Assembly: GCA_963716855.1 (NCBI GenBank)
Contig: CAVQUV010000015.1
Location: 11,164 to 75,163, forward strand
Source: an uncultured beta proteobacterium
Lineage (GTDB): Bacteria; Pseudomonadota; Gammaproteobacteria; Burkholderiales; SG8-39
Reading direction: 5' to 3'
Length of the DNA stretch: 64,000 bases
Positions 1 through 9,490 of this stretch are shown in pieces; the stretch's first letter is position 1, and each line of letters starts with the position of its first letter. The notes below the pieces were generated by a model that saw nothing but the letters and a program-made list of their open reading frames with translations, was not told the origin of the DNA and did not search any database. The translations under genes and the position numbers were made by a program.

Positions 1-567
1 CTGCGCACGCGCTGCCCACGCTTTGCGCGTCTGGCGGCCGGACTCCTGCGGTGACTAGGATACGCGAGCCGACAAACGAGTGCGAATCGACTACGGGATC
101 ACTTCATCGGCGCGCAGCAGGAACGACTGCTTTGCAGCGAATTGAGCGGTCGCGGCGACCGACCGCTCCTGGCCCGACTCCCGCCGGTGGTGCTCCCCGG
201 TAGCGGAAATTTCGCTGTGTGTCTGCTTACGCGATCAGCGACCGGCTAGACGCGACCCACAGCAGCCTATCGGGCTTTCCACAAGCGGACGGTCGCGGCG
301 GCAGCGGTGTGACTGGATGCCGCCGCGCTGGCGTCCGCCCCCGCCGAATCGGTACGGTATATCACTGCGGTGGCGCCGGGGCGATGGGCCCCGCACGCAA
401 GCGGTCCTTGCTTAACCACGTCGCCATGAGTGACGGATTAAGAGAGGTTTGTCGACGCTCTTCAACTCCATTAAGGCAGGTGGTACTGTCTTTGCACTGG
501 AAGTCCGCTGAATCACAGACCTTGGCCCAGTGAACGCTGGGCAGGTCACACTCGTGCGCGAGGCCCC

Positions 568-1225
568 ATGGCAATATCGGGCAAGCACTCGTGGATCGAA
601 AACGCGGAAGTCGTTTCGCTTTTTCCTACCCTGGTGTGGAAAATCCAGCTTCGCGCCAAGGTGCACGAACCGATCGACGCGAGCGCACTGGGACTGCTGC
701 ACTCGCTGCGGCAGGGACAGCCGGAGCTGAAGTCCGGCGAAGCCTGGCAGTCGGGCCATGCCCTGCATCGGCGCGAAGAGCTGCACGCGCTTTGCAACTG
801 CGTCAGCCGGGCGGCCGCGAGCGTGCTGCGGTTCCTGAAAATTGGCGAACCAGCGATAGAAATCACCGGCTGCTGGGTGAACTTGTATGCGCCGGGCGCC
901 GCGCACCGCGCGCATAGCCACCCCAACAATTTCCTGAGCGCGGTGTACTACGTGCGCACCCGGCCCGGGGCCGACAGCATCAACTTCCACGACCCGCGCA
1001 GCCAGGCCAGCGTCATCAGACCACCGGTCACGGCACTCACTGCCGCTAATACCGATCAGGTCGTGGTGCGGGTGAAAGACGGCACGCTGCTCGTCTTCCC
1101 CTGCGTATCTGTATCACTCAGTCGATGCCAACACCAGTGGAGACACCCGCGTAAGCTTGAGCTTCAACCTGATGTTTCCCACGTTTGGTGCCGCATTGAG
1201 CAAGCCGTTGTGGGGCGATGAATAA
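568..1225 (+). pseudogene. TIGR02466-type 2OG-Fe(II) oxygenase family protein, interrupted by one +1 frameshift near 1102 (true lesion or assembly error)
   Basis: ORF 568..1221 carries HSHPNNFLSAVYYV and loses family-like sequence after LLVFP. The +1 frame from 1103 reads AYLYHSVDANTSGDTRVSLSFNLMFPTFGAALSKPLWGDE-stop (ends 1225), which is the expected C-terminal His/RxS region. Total length is 658 nt = 3n+1. Confidence 0.75.
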
Positions 1226-2939
1226 GGCAGCGGGCGCACTCGACCCCCTGGACGTGGTCATGCGCTACCACCAGGAGACAAAGCACCATTTTTCACATTC
1301 TGCGCGCGCGCCCGCCAGCATGGACTGGGCAAATCAGCCGGATCCTTTTCGACGATTCCAGGGTTCTCCCCTCATCGCCTTACCGGTCCTGAAACCGGAC
1401 GAGGCTCCGCGCTCGCCTCTTTATGAAGACCTATATCGCCCGGGAGCAATCACGAGCGCTCCGGTCACTCTCCGCACCCTTTCGCGTTTTCTCGAATTTT
1501 CGCTGGCGATTTCCGCCTGGAAGCAGACCGGTGAGGTCCGCTGGGCGCTTCGAAGCAATCCGTCGAGCGGCAATCTGCATCCTACCGAAGGCTATCTGCT
1601 CATTGACGCAGTGCTGGGCCTTTCGCCATTCCCGGGTCTCTATCACTATGCGGCCAAGGAGCATGCGCTGGAACTGCGAGCAGAGTTGCCGCAGGAAAGC
1701 TTCACTTCCCTCCTGAACGGATTCCCGCCCAACGCCTTTCTTCTGGGTTTTACGTCAGTGAACTGGCGAGAGACCTGGAAGTACGGAGAGCGCGCCTTTC
1801 GCTACTGTCAACATGACGTGGGCCACGCGATCGCCAGCGCTCGGATTGCGGCCCAGACGCTGGGTTGGCGCATGCTGTTGTTGGACGGCGTGGCCGACGA
1901 CACGCTGGGTGCGTTGTTGGGGGTCAATCGAATCCAGGATTTCAATCGAGCCGAGCGGGAGCATCCGGATTGCCTGGCTGTTATCTGGCCGGCCGATCAG
2001 GCGGTCGCCGGCTCCGCCAGGGAGACTGATTTGTTGCCGCTTTTCCTTGCGGCCGATGCAGTGCGCGACTCGACGCGATATATCTGGAACGGCACGGCCA
2101 ACCGATTGAGCCGAGACGATCCGGTGCAGTGGGTGTTCCTCAACCAAGTGGAAGTCGCATCGTGGAAGTCGAATACCGAGCACCGAGTCGTCGCTGTGAA
2201 CCGCAGCGGTCACACCGCAACGGCGCCAGGTATCGACCCGCGTCAGTCAGGCGCCGGGCAGGTGATCCGCCAGCGGCGAAGCGCGGTTGCGTTCGATGGC
2301 GAGACCTCGATCCCAGTCGGCAGCTTCTTCACGATGCTGGGCCGCGTCATGCCACGGATCGAGCGCGACCTGTGCTGGCGTCCGATGCCTTGGGACGTAC
2401 TGCCCTGGGAACCGACCATTCATCTTGTCCTTTTCGTCCATCGGGTGGACGGCCTTGCTCCCGGCATCTACATGCTGGTGCGCGATCCCGCGATGGCGGG
2501 CTCGCTCAGGCAATCGATGCGCCAGCAATTCGCCTGGAGCTCACCACCGGGCTGCCCAGAAGACCTACCGCTGTTTCTCCTCGAAGGGGGCGATGCGCGG
2601 CGAATGGCGGTCCAGATCAGTTGCGGACAGGCAATCGCCGGGGACAGTGCATTTTCGCTGGGGATGATCGCGGAGTTCGAACCGAGCCTGCGGCGGCATG
2701 GACCCTGGTTCTACCGCAGGCTTTTCTGGGAAACCGGCGTAATCGGCCAGGTGCTCTACCTGGAGGCGGAGGCGTTTGGCGTCCGTGCAACGGGAATCGG
2801 CTGCTTTTTCGATGACCCAGTCCATCAGGTACTTGGATTCAGCGACGCGACGTATCAGTCGCTCTATCACTTCACCACTGGTGGCCCTGTCGAGGATCTT
2901 CGCCTGACCACTTTGCCGCCCTATGGCTTGGATCACTGA
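1218..2939 (+). CDS. two-domain SagB/ThcOx-type (nitroreductase-fold) dehydrogenase family protein
   Basis: 573-aa ORF. The N-terminus YHQETKHHF...MDWANQPDPFRRF is typical of SagB-type dehydrogenases. A second nitroreductase-like half ends in GIGCFFDDPVH. ATG 1218 overlaps the restored stop of the upstream gene (ATGAATAA). Confidence 0.8.
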   Translation: MNKAAGALDPLDVVMRYHQETKHHFSHSARAPASMDWANQPDPFRRFQGSPLIALPVLKPDEAPRSPLYEDLYRPGAITSAPVTLRTLSRFLEFSLAISAWKQTGEVRWALRSNPSSGNLHPTEGYLLIDAVLGLSPFPGLYHYAAKEHALELRAELPQESFTSLLNGFPPNAFLLGFTSVNWRETWKYGERAFRYCQHDVGHAIASARIAAQTLGWRMLLLDGVADDTLGALLGVNRIQDFNRAEREHPDCLAVIWPADQAVAGSARETDLLPLFLAADAVRDSTRYIWNGTANRLSRDDPVQWVFLNQVEVASWKSNTEHRVVAVNRSGHTATAPGIDPRQSGAGQVIRQRRSAVAFDGETSIPVGSFFTMLGRVMPRIERDLCWRPMPWDVLPWEPTIHLVLFVHRVDGLAPGIYMLVRDPAMAGSLRQSMRQQFAWSSPPGCPEDLPLFLLEGGDARRMAVQISCGQAIAGDSAFSLGMIAEFEPSLRRHGPWFYRRLFWETGVIGQVLYLEAEAFGVRATGIGCFFDDPVHQVLGFSDATYQSLYHFTTGGPVEDLRLTTLPPYGLDH

Positions 2940-3392
2940 GAAGCCAACAGTTCAAGCTCGTTTCCTGCGTTCCGGCCTCTGCGCGCTGAGAGTCGCGCGG
3001 TCGCGGGGCGAAAAGCCTGGGACACCCCAATCGGCAGTCAGTCTACCCCTCAAAGTATCGGCTTCGAGTCGCGTGCTGCGGTTGTGGGGGGTGAATCGCA
3101 ACACGTTAGGCGAAAGGTTGCGAGTGAAACGCGAGCGAACGTCCGCTTCAGGTCGAGAGCACCGTTGACGGTCTGCTTTGCGGCACGCCTCTTAACTTCC
3201 GGTTTTGGCCGGTCAGCGATCGTCAGACGAAGCGCTCAAGTCGACCCTAAGCCGACGATCTGCCGCCTTACACACGGTTCGCCGCCTCAATGAGTTTCGA
3301 GAGCTCGGCCGCAGAATAGTGCCTGGCGATTTCCGGGCGCAGCCTCTTCGCCGGCATGGACCGGCCGGCCGCCACGTCCCCTGAGAGCAGAG

Positions 3393-4694
3393 TCACGAAC
3401 GTCCGGCGCGCCTGACTCTCCGGACGAAACGCTGCACGGCGACCAGGGCGAAGAACATCTCGATCCTGGCTCGCGTCAGCGGTGAAGGGCGCCAGTTCCC
3501 GGCGAGGACCGCCACGATAGCCCCGTAAATACCGAACCGCTTCCGGGGCGTGAACCACAGGTCACGGAACGCCGGGTCGTAGAATCCGATAGCGAACCGC
3601 CGGAAATGGTGATAGCGCTTCCGGGCGATGCGCTCATACCGAGCGAAGGCTCGCGCCGACAGGTCGCCGGTCCGCAGCCCGGCGTCGATCGCCTCGGCGG
3701 CGTCCAGACCTCCCTGCATGGCGAGTAACACTCCGGTCGAGAAGATGGGGTCCAGGAACGCGGCGGCGTCGCCCACCGCCACCCAGCGGTCCCCGACCAT
3801 CCGGGTGGCGAGATAGGAATAGTCGACGTCGACGCGCGCCGGAGAGACCCGTCGTGCCCGCTCGAGCAGCGACGCGGCGGGCCGCGTGTCCGCGAGATAG
3901 TGGGCAAGGCTCTCCTCCGCGGTCGGCTTCGCTTCGCGCCGATGCACCTCCTTCGGGATCACGGCCCCCACACTCATCACGGTGTCCGACAGCGGTATCA
4001 GCCACAGCCAACCCATGTCGGAGCGTGTAAACATTCGGATGTCGCCGGCGCGGCGCCCATCGGCGCGCGGGACCCCCTCGTACTGCGCGTGAACGGCGAT
4101 GTTGCGCAGGATCGGGTCGTATTCGTGGCGGCCGAAGCGATTCACGAGAACGCCGGCCCGCCCCGAGGCGTCGACGACGACCCCCACACGTGCGGTGCGC
4201 TCGATGCCGTCCGAGTCCGCGAAGCGAAGCGTGACGGCTTCGGCGTCGAAGGCCGCATCGAGAAGTCGGTGCCCCTCGCGCACCGCGACTCCGCACCGCT
4301 CGGAATGGCGCAGGAGAATCTCGTCGAATCGCTCCCGGAGGACCTGAAACGTCTGCGGCGTTGGCGTCTCCACCGCCTCCTCGAAGTCGGCATACTGTTC
4401 GGTCACGCTGTCGGGCGGACGGAAGCTCGCGCCCCACTTCCTGACGAACCCGGCGGCGGCGATCGCCTGGTCTACGCCGAGGGCTCGGAAGACCTCGTTG
4501 CTCCACGGGAGCTGCGACTCGCCGATGTGGAAGCGGGGGAACCGCTCCCGCTCCAGCAGGAGGACCCTCCTCCCCCGCCGCGCAAGCGCGGTGGCGGCGC
4601 TGGAGCCGCCCGGCCCCCCGCCCACGACAGCTACGTCGAAATCCCACCCCTCGCTTGTCATGCCGATGGCATCCATCTGGGACGGAGAGGACAC
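3393..4694 (-). CDS. FAD-dependent oxidoreductase, flavin-dependent-halogenase-like
   Basis: Rossmann motif DVAVVGGGPGG, plus FPRFHIGESQLP, a WxWxIP-like GWLWLIPL and FLDPIFSTG. The start is ambiguous (GTG 4694, ATG 4676 or ATG 4661). Confidence 0.8.
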   Translation of the reverse strand: MSSPSQMDAIGMTSEGWDFDVAVVGGGPGGSSAATALARRGRRVLLLERERFPRFHIGESQLPWSNEVFRALGVDQAIAAAGFVRKWGASFRPPDSVTEQYADFEEAVETPTPQTFQVLRERFDEILLRHSERCGVAVREGHRLLDAAFDAEAVTLRFADSDGIERTARVGVVVDASGRAGVLVNRFGRHEYDPILRNIAVHAQYEGVPRADGRRAGDIRMFTRSDMGWLWLIPLSDTVMSVGAVIPKEVHRREAKPTAEESLAHYLADTRPAASLLERARRVSPARVDVDYSYLATRMVGDRWVAVGDAAAFLDPIFSTGVLLAMQGGLDAAEAIDAGLRTGDLSARAFARYERIARKRYHHFRRFAIGFYDPAFRDLWFTPRKRFGIYGAIVAVLAGNWRPSPLTRARIEMFFALVAVQRFVRRVRRAGRS

Positions 4695-5120
4695 AAGGAA
4701 TCACCCGAGGCTGTCTGCGCCTCCCGCCGAACGCCGTTCGTCGTCAGGAGCATACCAGCCACGGAACGACACAAGACACACCCCGCATCATGGGCTCAGC
4801 CAGCCCGAGTGGCGTCACTTGTTCGTCCGGGCACGCCGGCCCACCGGGCCGGGCGGGCTATCACTCGCGCGAACACCTGCAGGCTAGAAATCGCAGCTCT
4901 TGATGACGCGCTCGATCAGCTCAAGCTCGCGGGTAGTTCAATACCTCCAACCGAACATGCTCTGCGCGAACACGATCAGAAGTGGAAGTCTCCCGAGGCG
5001 ACGCCCGTGACTTGAATCTCTGCTTAGGGTCGATAGCGCAGTCGAACACCCGCTCTCAGCGACTTGATTGTACAGCCGCTCTTGGCCGGACTCGGACGAT
5101 GGCGACGCGCCCGGGCCGCG

Positions 5121-6107
5121 TCATTCCGCCTTGATGTTCCCCGTCCGCGCAAGCCGCGTGAAGGTCGCGATGTCGTCGGCGATCATCCGGTCGAACCCCT
5201 CGGGCGTCGTCGGCTGCGGGTTGAGTCCAATCGGCGCCCAGCGCTGCCTCGCCTCGGGCTCGGCAAGGATGCGCGTGATCTCGCGGTTGAGCTTCGCGAC
5301 GATCGGTCGCGGGACGCCCGCGGACGTGAGCAGCCCGAACCAGAGGATCGACTCATAGCCCGGCACGCCGGCCTCGGCAATCGTCGGCACCTCGGGCACC
5401 AGCGCATCGCGCTCCGCGGACGACACGCCGAGCGCGAGCAGTCGGCCGTCCCGCGTCAGATTGACGGCATTCGCGATCGGCGACATGAAGAACTGCACCC
5501 GGCCGGTCAACGTCTCGGTGAGCGCCTCCGGGATGCCTTTTAGGGGCACGTGCACGGCGTCGACCGCCGCCAGGCTCTTGAAGAGCTCCGCGGCGAAGTG
5601 CGTGCCGCTGCCGACTCCGGCGGACGCGAAGTTGAGCTGGCCGGGCCGCGCCCGCGCCATGGCGAGCAGCGCTTCCACGCTCCTCGGGCCGAGCGAGGGC
5701 GGGACGACGAGCAGGTACTTCGAGGTCGCGGTCAGCGTGATGCCGGCGAAATCGCGCCGGGTGTCGTACGACAGCTTCGCGTAGATCGCGGGCGCGACCG
5801 CGTGTGCGGACGACACCGAGAGCAGCGTGTAGCCGTCCGCGGCCGCGGCGGCGACAAAGCTGGCGGCGATTGTGCCACCGGCGCCGGGGCGGTTCTCGAC
5901 CAGCACCTCGCGCTTCCAGGCGTCGGCGAGCTTCTGCGCGACATAGCGCGCGGTGATGTCCGGCCCGCCGCCGGGCGTGAACCCGATGATGATCCGGACC
6001 GCCCGGCTCGGGTACTCGGCGGCCGCGTCGCCCGGCTGCACCTGCTGTCCGAAGCACGCGCTCGCAGCCGAGGCGAGCAGGATTCCGACGACGACCGATC
6101 TCGCCAT
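5121..6107 (-). CDS. Bug-family tripartite tricarboxylate transporter substrate-binding protein (TctC-like)
   Basis: 328 aa starting at MARSVVVGILLASAASA (signal peptide). GGAGGAAAG lies upstream of ATG 6107. Typical Bug motifs are present (RIIIGFTPGGGPD, NFASAGVGSGTH, VPLKG). The 620-aa ORF in the track is an upstream in-frame extension. Confidence 0.9.
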   Translation of the reverse strand: MARSVVVGILLASAASACFGQQVQPGDAAAEYPSRAVRIIIGFTPGGGPDITARYVAQKLADAWKREVLVENRPGAGGTIAASFVAAAAADGYTLLSVSSAHAVAPAIYAKLSYDTRRDFAGITLTATSKYLLVVPPSLGPRSVEALLAMARARPGQLNFASAGVGSGTHFAAELFKSLAAVDAVHVPLKGIPEALTETLTGRVQFFMSPIANAVNLTRDGRLLALGVSSAERDALVPEVPTIAEAGVPGYESILWFGLLTSAGVPRPIVAKLNREITRILAEPEARQRWAPIGLNPQPTTPEGFDRMIADDIATFTRLARTGNIKAE

Positions 6108-6151
6108 GACTTTCCTCCATTCGAACCATAGCGCAGTGCGATCGGGGTACC

Positions 6152-7015
6152 CTACGCCCCCCTCGACGCCACCAGATAGGCGATCGCCGCGACGGTGATC
6201 GCGGCCCCGATCAGCACGCGGCGCGTGACACGTTCTTCGCGCAGGACGGCGGCACTGAGGAGCGCGGTCACGAGCGGATACGTGGCCACCACCGGCGCAA
6301 CCGTCGACACTGGCGCCAGGGTCAGCGCCGTGTACATGAGCAGCACCGCGCCGCCGTTCAGGACCCCGGTGAAGCCGAACCACCCGAGGCCGCGCAGCGT
6401 GAGGCGCGGCTTCTCCGCGCGGCCAAACCGGTCGACGCCGACGACCGTTGCCGACGACACCGCATAGGCGATCAGCCCCGCGGCAAAGGGATTCGGCCAG
6501 AGCAGCAGCCCCGCCTTCGCCCCGACTTGCGCGAATCCACGCACCATCGCACCCGCGAAAGGCCACAGCAGCGCCCGGCCGGCAAACCCCCGCCGCACGC
6601 CGCGCGGGTTCCACGAAAGCAGGGCCACGCCCGCACCCACGCCGATCGCCGCGATCGCCGCCTCCGCCGGAATCTTCTCGCCAAGGACGAGCGCCGCCCC
6701 GAGCAACGCGAACAGCGGCGCGGTTCCGGACACCGCGCCGGTGACGGTCGGACCTAACTCCTCGTTCGACCGGAAGGTGAAGAGCGTCACCAGCGCGGGA
6801 AAGAACACCCCGATCGCGGCGAAGATCAGCGCAGCGCGCACGCTGAAGCCGGAGAAGTCGATCGCGAACGGCGCCGCTGCGGCGAACAACACGGCCGCGA
6901 TCGGGATGCTGATCGCGGCGCCCGCGCGGGCGTCGAGCGTCCGCAGGCCCACCCGGGCGGTCACGAGCCCGATGCCGAAGCACAGGGCGCTCAGGACCGC
7001 GAGTGTGATTGCCAC
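6152..7015 (-). CDS. EamA/DMT-family transporter
   Basis: 287 aa with about 10 predicted hydrophobic helices and a duplicated EamA-like architecture. GTG start. Confidence 0.8.
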   Translation of the reverse strand: MAITLAVLSALCFGIGLVTARVGLRTLDARAGAAISIPIAAVLFAAAAPFAIDFSGFSVRAALIFAAIGVFFPALVTLFTFRSNEELGPTVTGAVSGTAPLFALLGAALVLGEKIPAEAAIAAIGVGAGVALLSWNPRGVRRGFAGRALLWPFAGAMVRGFAQVGAKAGLLLWPNPFAAGLIAYAVSSATVVGVDRFGRAEKPRLTLRGLGWFGFTGVLNGGAVLLMYTALTLAPVSTVAPVVATYPLVTALLSAAVLREERVTRRVLIGAAITVAAIAYLVASRGA

Positions 7016-7070
7016 GGTCGTTGCCTGGATTCGGCGAACGCCCTCGCTCGCCGCGCGCGCACCATGGCCG

Positions 7071-8051
7071 TTACGCTGCGATCGCCGGCCGCACCAGCAC
7101 GCACCGCGCCGCGTGCTGCGCGCCGAGCGCGACGTTGTCGGGCACGGCCGCGGCGCACTCGGGCCGCGCGTGCTTGCAGCGTGGCCCGAAGCTGCACCCC
7201 GGCGGAAGCTGGGACAGGTCCGGCGGCGCGCCGGGGATGGCGTCGATCCGCTGCCCGCGCATCGAGCCGTGGATGGTCGAGGCGAGCAGACCCTGCGTGT
7301 ACGGGTGCTGCGGCCACTTGATGACCTCCGCGACCGGACCGGTCTCCACGATGCGGCCAGCGTACATCACCGCGACGCGATCGGCGATCTCGGACACCAC
7401 GCCGACGTCGTGCGTGACGAACACGACCGACATGCCCGACTCGCGCTGCAGCTCGCGCAGCAGCAGCAGGATCTGGATCTGCACCGTCGCGTCGAGGGCG
7501 GTGGTCGGCTCGTCGGCGAGCAGGAGCTGCGGCTCGCACGCGAGCGCGAGCGCGATCATCGCGCGCTGGCGCATCCCGCCGGACATCTCGTGCGGATAGG
7601 CGTCGAACCGGCGCTCCGGCGACGGGATGCGCACGTGCTCGAGCATCCGGAGCGCGCGCTGCTTCGCCCCGGCCCGGTCGACCTCCTGGTGGCGGAGCAC
7701 GCTCTCGGCGATCTGCTGGCCGATCGTGTAGACCGGGTCGAACGCGAGCATCGGCTCCTGGAAGATCATCGAGACGACGCCGCCGCGGTACTGCGCGAGC
7801 TCGGCCTCCGAGAGCGCGAGCACGTCGCGGCCGGCGACCCGCATCGATCCGGCGATCCGCGAGCGCCGCGCCGGCAGGATGCGCAGCAGCGCACGCAGCG
7901 TGACGCTCTTGCCGCTGCCGGACTCGCCGAGCACGCCGAGCACCTCGCCCTTGACGATGTCGAGGTCGACGCCGTTCACCGCGTTCACCGGGCGCGCGCC
8001 GCCGGTGAACGTGACGGTGAGATTGCGGACGGTGACGAGCGGCCCGCTCAA
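7071..8051 (-). CDS. ABC transporter ATP-binding protein (DppD/OppD-type)
   Basis: Walker A GESGSGKS, signature MSGGMRQR, Walker B LLLADEPTTALD, and a C-terminal oligopeptide-type extension (HPYTQGLL, CxxxC-like). TTG start at 8051 lies 11 nt after AGGAGGG. The 763-aa ORF in the track is a shadow extension. Confidence 0.9.
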   Translation of the reverse strand: MSGPLVTVRNLTVTFTGGARPVNAVNGVDLDIVKGEVLGVLGESGSGKSVTLRALLRILPARRSRIAGSMRVAGRDVLALSEAELAQYRGGVVSMIFQEPMLAFDPVYTIGQQIAESVLRHQEVDRAGAKQRALRMLEHVRIPSPERRFDAYPHEMSGGMRQRAMIALALACEPQLLLADEPTTALDATVQIQILLLLRELQRESGMSVVFVTHDVGVVSEIADRVAVMYAGRIVETGPVAEVIKWPQHPYTQGLLASTIHGSMRGQRIDAIPGAPPDLSQLPPGCSFGPRCKHARPECAAAVPDNVALGAQHAARCVLVRPAIAA

Positions 8052-8074
8052 ACCTTGGGTTCCCTCCTGAGCGC

Positions 8075-9490
8075 TCAAAGGCGCGGCTCTCTCTTGTGCC
8101 AGTCGGTCGCCTGCTGGAACGCGTGCCCGAGCCGCAGGATCGCGTCCTCCGCAAACGGCCGGCCGACGAGCTGCATGCCCACCGGCAGCCCGCTCGCGAG
8201 GAAGCCGCACGGCAGCGCGAGCGAGGGCAGGCCGAGGTAGTTGAACGGCCGCATGAACTTCGTCATAAGCGCGAGCGTCCGGTCCATGGTCGGCGCGCCG
8301 CCCACGTCGGTCTCGGCGATCGTCGGCGTCGGGATCGGCAGGCACGGCGCGTGCAGCACGTCGACCTTGGCGAACACCGACTTCGAGAACTCCGCGAGCG
8401 CGTGGCCGCGCAGGCGCAGCGCGTCGATGTAGCGCGTGGCCGGCAGCGCTAGGCCGCGCTCGAGCCGCGCGCGCACCTGCGGCGAGTACTCCTGCGGCCG
8501 CGTGCGCAGCCAGTTGCCGTGGTAGGCCGCGGCCTCCGCGGCGATGATGTGCGTCCCCGCGACGTCGATCGCCGCCATCTCGGCGGGCAGCGTGACCGGG
8601 ACGATTTCGCAGCCGAGCGACTCGAGCGCCTTCAGGCCCTCGGTCAGCGCCGCACCGACGCCCGGGTCCATGTCGTCGGTGAAGTAGCTCATCGGGATGC
8701 CGACCCGCATCCCCTTCGCAGGCAGCGCGAGCCGCGCGGCGTAGTCCGGTATCGGCTCGGTCGCCGCGGTCGGGTCGGCGGGATCGGCGCCGGCGAGCAC
8801 GCCGAGCAGCAGCGCGCAGTCCTGCGCGCTGCGCGCGAGCGGACCGACCGTGTCCATCGAGAACGAGAGCGGCATCGCGCCCGCCCGGCTCACCCGGCCG
8901 TAGGTGACCTTCAGTCCGGTGATGCCGCAGATTGCGGCCGGCAGTCGGATCGAGCCGCCGGTGTCCGAGCCGAGCGCCGCGAAGCCCGCGCGCGCCGCGA
9001 CCGACGACCCCGAACCGCTCGACGATCCGCCGGTGACGTGCGCGGTGTTCCACGGATTGCGGCAGTGCCCATCGTGGTAGTTGTGCCCGGTCGGGCCGTA
9101 GGCGAACTCGGCCATGTGCAGCACGCCGAACTGGATCGCGCCGGCCGCGTCGAGCCGCTTGAGCGCGGTCGCCGTGGCCTTCTCCGGCTCCTTGCCCTTG
9201 ACGCGCGAGCCGCACGATGACGGGACACCGGCGCGGAAGTACATGTCCTTGTGCGCGAGCGGCACGCCGTGCAGCGGCCCGCGCAGATGCCCGCGCGCGA
9301 GATCGGCGTCGGCGAGCTTCGCGGCGGCGCGCGCGAGCTCCTCGTCGATGCGCAGGAAGCAATTGAGCTTCGGCTGCACCGCTTTCGCGCGCGCGAGCAC
9401 CGCGTCGAGGACCTCGGTCGCGGACACCTCGCGCGCCCGGATGCGCGCGGCGACCTCGGTCAGGGTGAGGCTGGTGATGCTCGCGGCCAT
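8075..9490 (-). CDS. amidase-signature family amidase (AtzE/GatA-like)
   Basis: 471 aa with the signature GGSSSGSGSSVAARAGFAALGSDTGGSIRLPA and the catalytic Lys context HGVPLAHKD. The ATG overlaps the stop of the upstream 65-aa ORF (TAATG). Confidence 0.9.
   Translation of the reverse strand: MAASITSLTLTEVAARIRAREVSATEVLDAVLARAKAVQPKLNCFLRIDEELARAAAKLADADLARGHLRGPLHGVPLAHKDMYFRAGVPSSCGSRVKGKEPEKATATALKRLDAAGAIQFGVLHMAEFAYGPTGHNYHDGHCRNPWNTAHVTGGSSSGSGSSVAARAGFAALGSDTGGSIRLPAAICGITGLKVTYGRVSRAGAMPLSFSMDTVGPLARSAQDCALLLGVLAGADPADPTAATEPIPDYAARLALPAKGMRVGIPMSYFTDDMDPGVGAALTEGLKALESLGCEIVPVTLPAEMAAIDVAGTHIIAAEAAAYHGNWLRTRPQEYSPQVRARLERGLALPATRYIDALRLRGHALAEFSKSVFAKVDVLHAPCLPIPTPTIAETDVGGAPTMDRTLALMTKFMRPFNYLGLPSLALPCGFLASGLPVGMQLVGRPFAEDAILRLGHAFQQATDWHKREPRL

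Noticed and set aside
1-567. Possible gene or remnant at the left edge. A minus-strand frame reads ...AAKQSFLLRADEVIP..., reminiscent of C-termini of some binding proteins. ORF 219..533 (+) is also listed.
   Set aside because: There is no start codon, no stop at the expected place and no extended similarity. The + ORF is Arg/Gly-rich with no SD. I cannot support a call.
3268-3357. 29-aa minus-strand ORF MPAKRLRPEIARHYSAAELSKLIEAANRV downstream of the halogenase-like gene. It is vaguely like an integrase or recombinase N-terminal helix and lies in a lower-GC gap.
   Set aside because: It is too short and the similarity is only impressionistic. There are no att-like repeats, tRNA or other mobile-element genes nearby.
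4840-4905. Minus-strand tail ...TTRELELIERVIKSCDF-stop in the 4695-5120 gap.
   Set aside because: Only about 17 codons are open after an upstream stop. There is no start and no identifiable family.
5121-9362. N-terminal extensions of real genes in the track. Examples are the 620-aa version of the TctC gene, the 763-aa version of the ABC ATPase, the 745-aa ORF over GST and the kinase, the 612-aa ORF over the dioxygenase, and the 567-aa version of the DSD1 gene.
   Set aside because: The extensions are Arg-rich and overlap upstream genes. Internal starts with Shine-Dalgarno sequences give proteins of normal family length.
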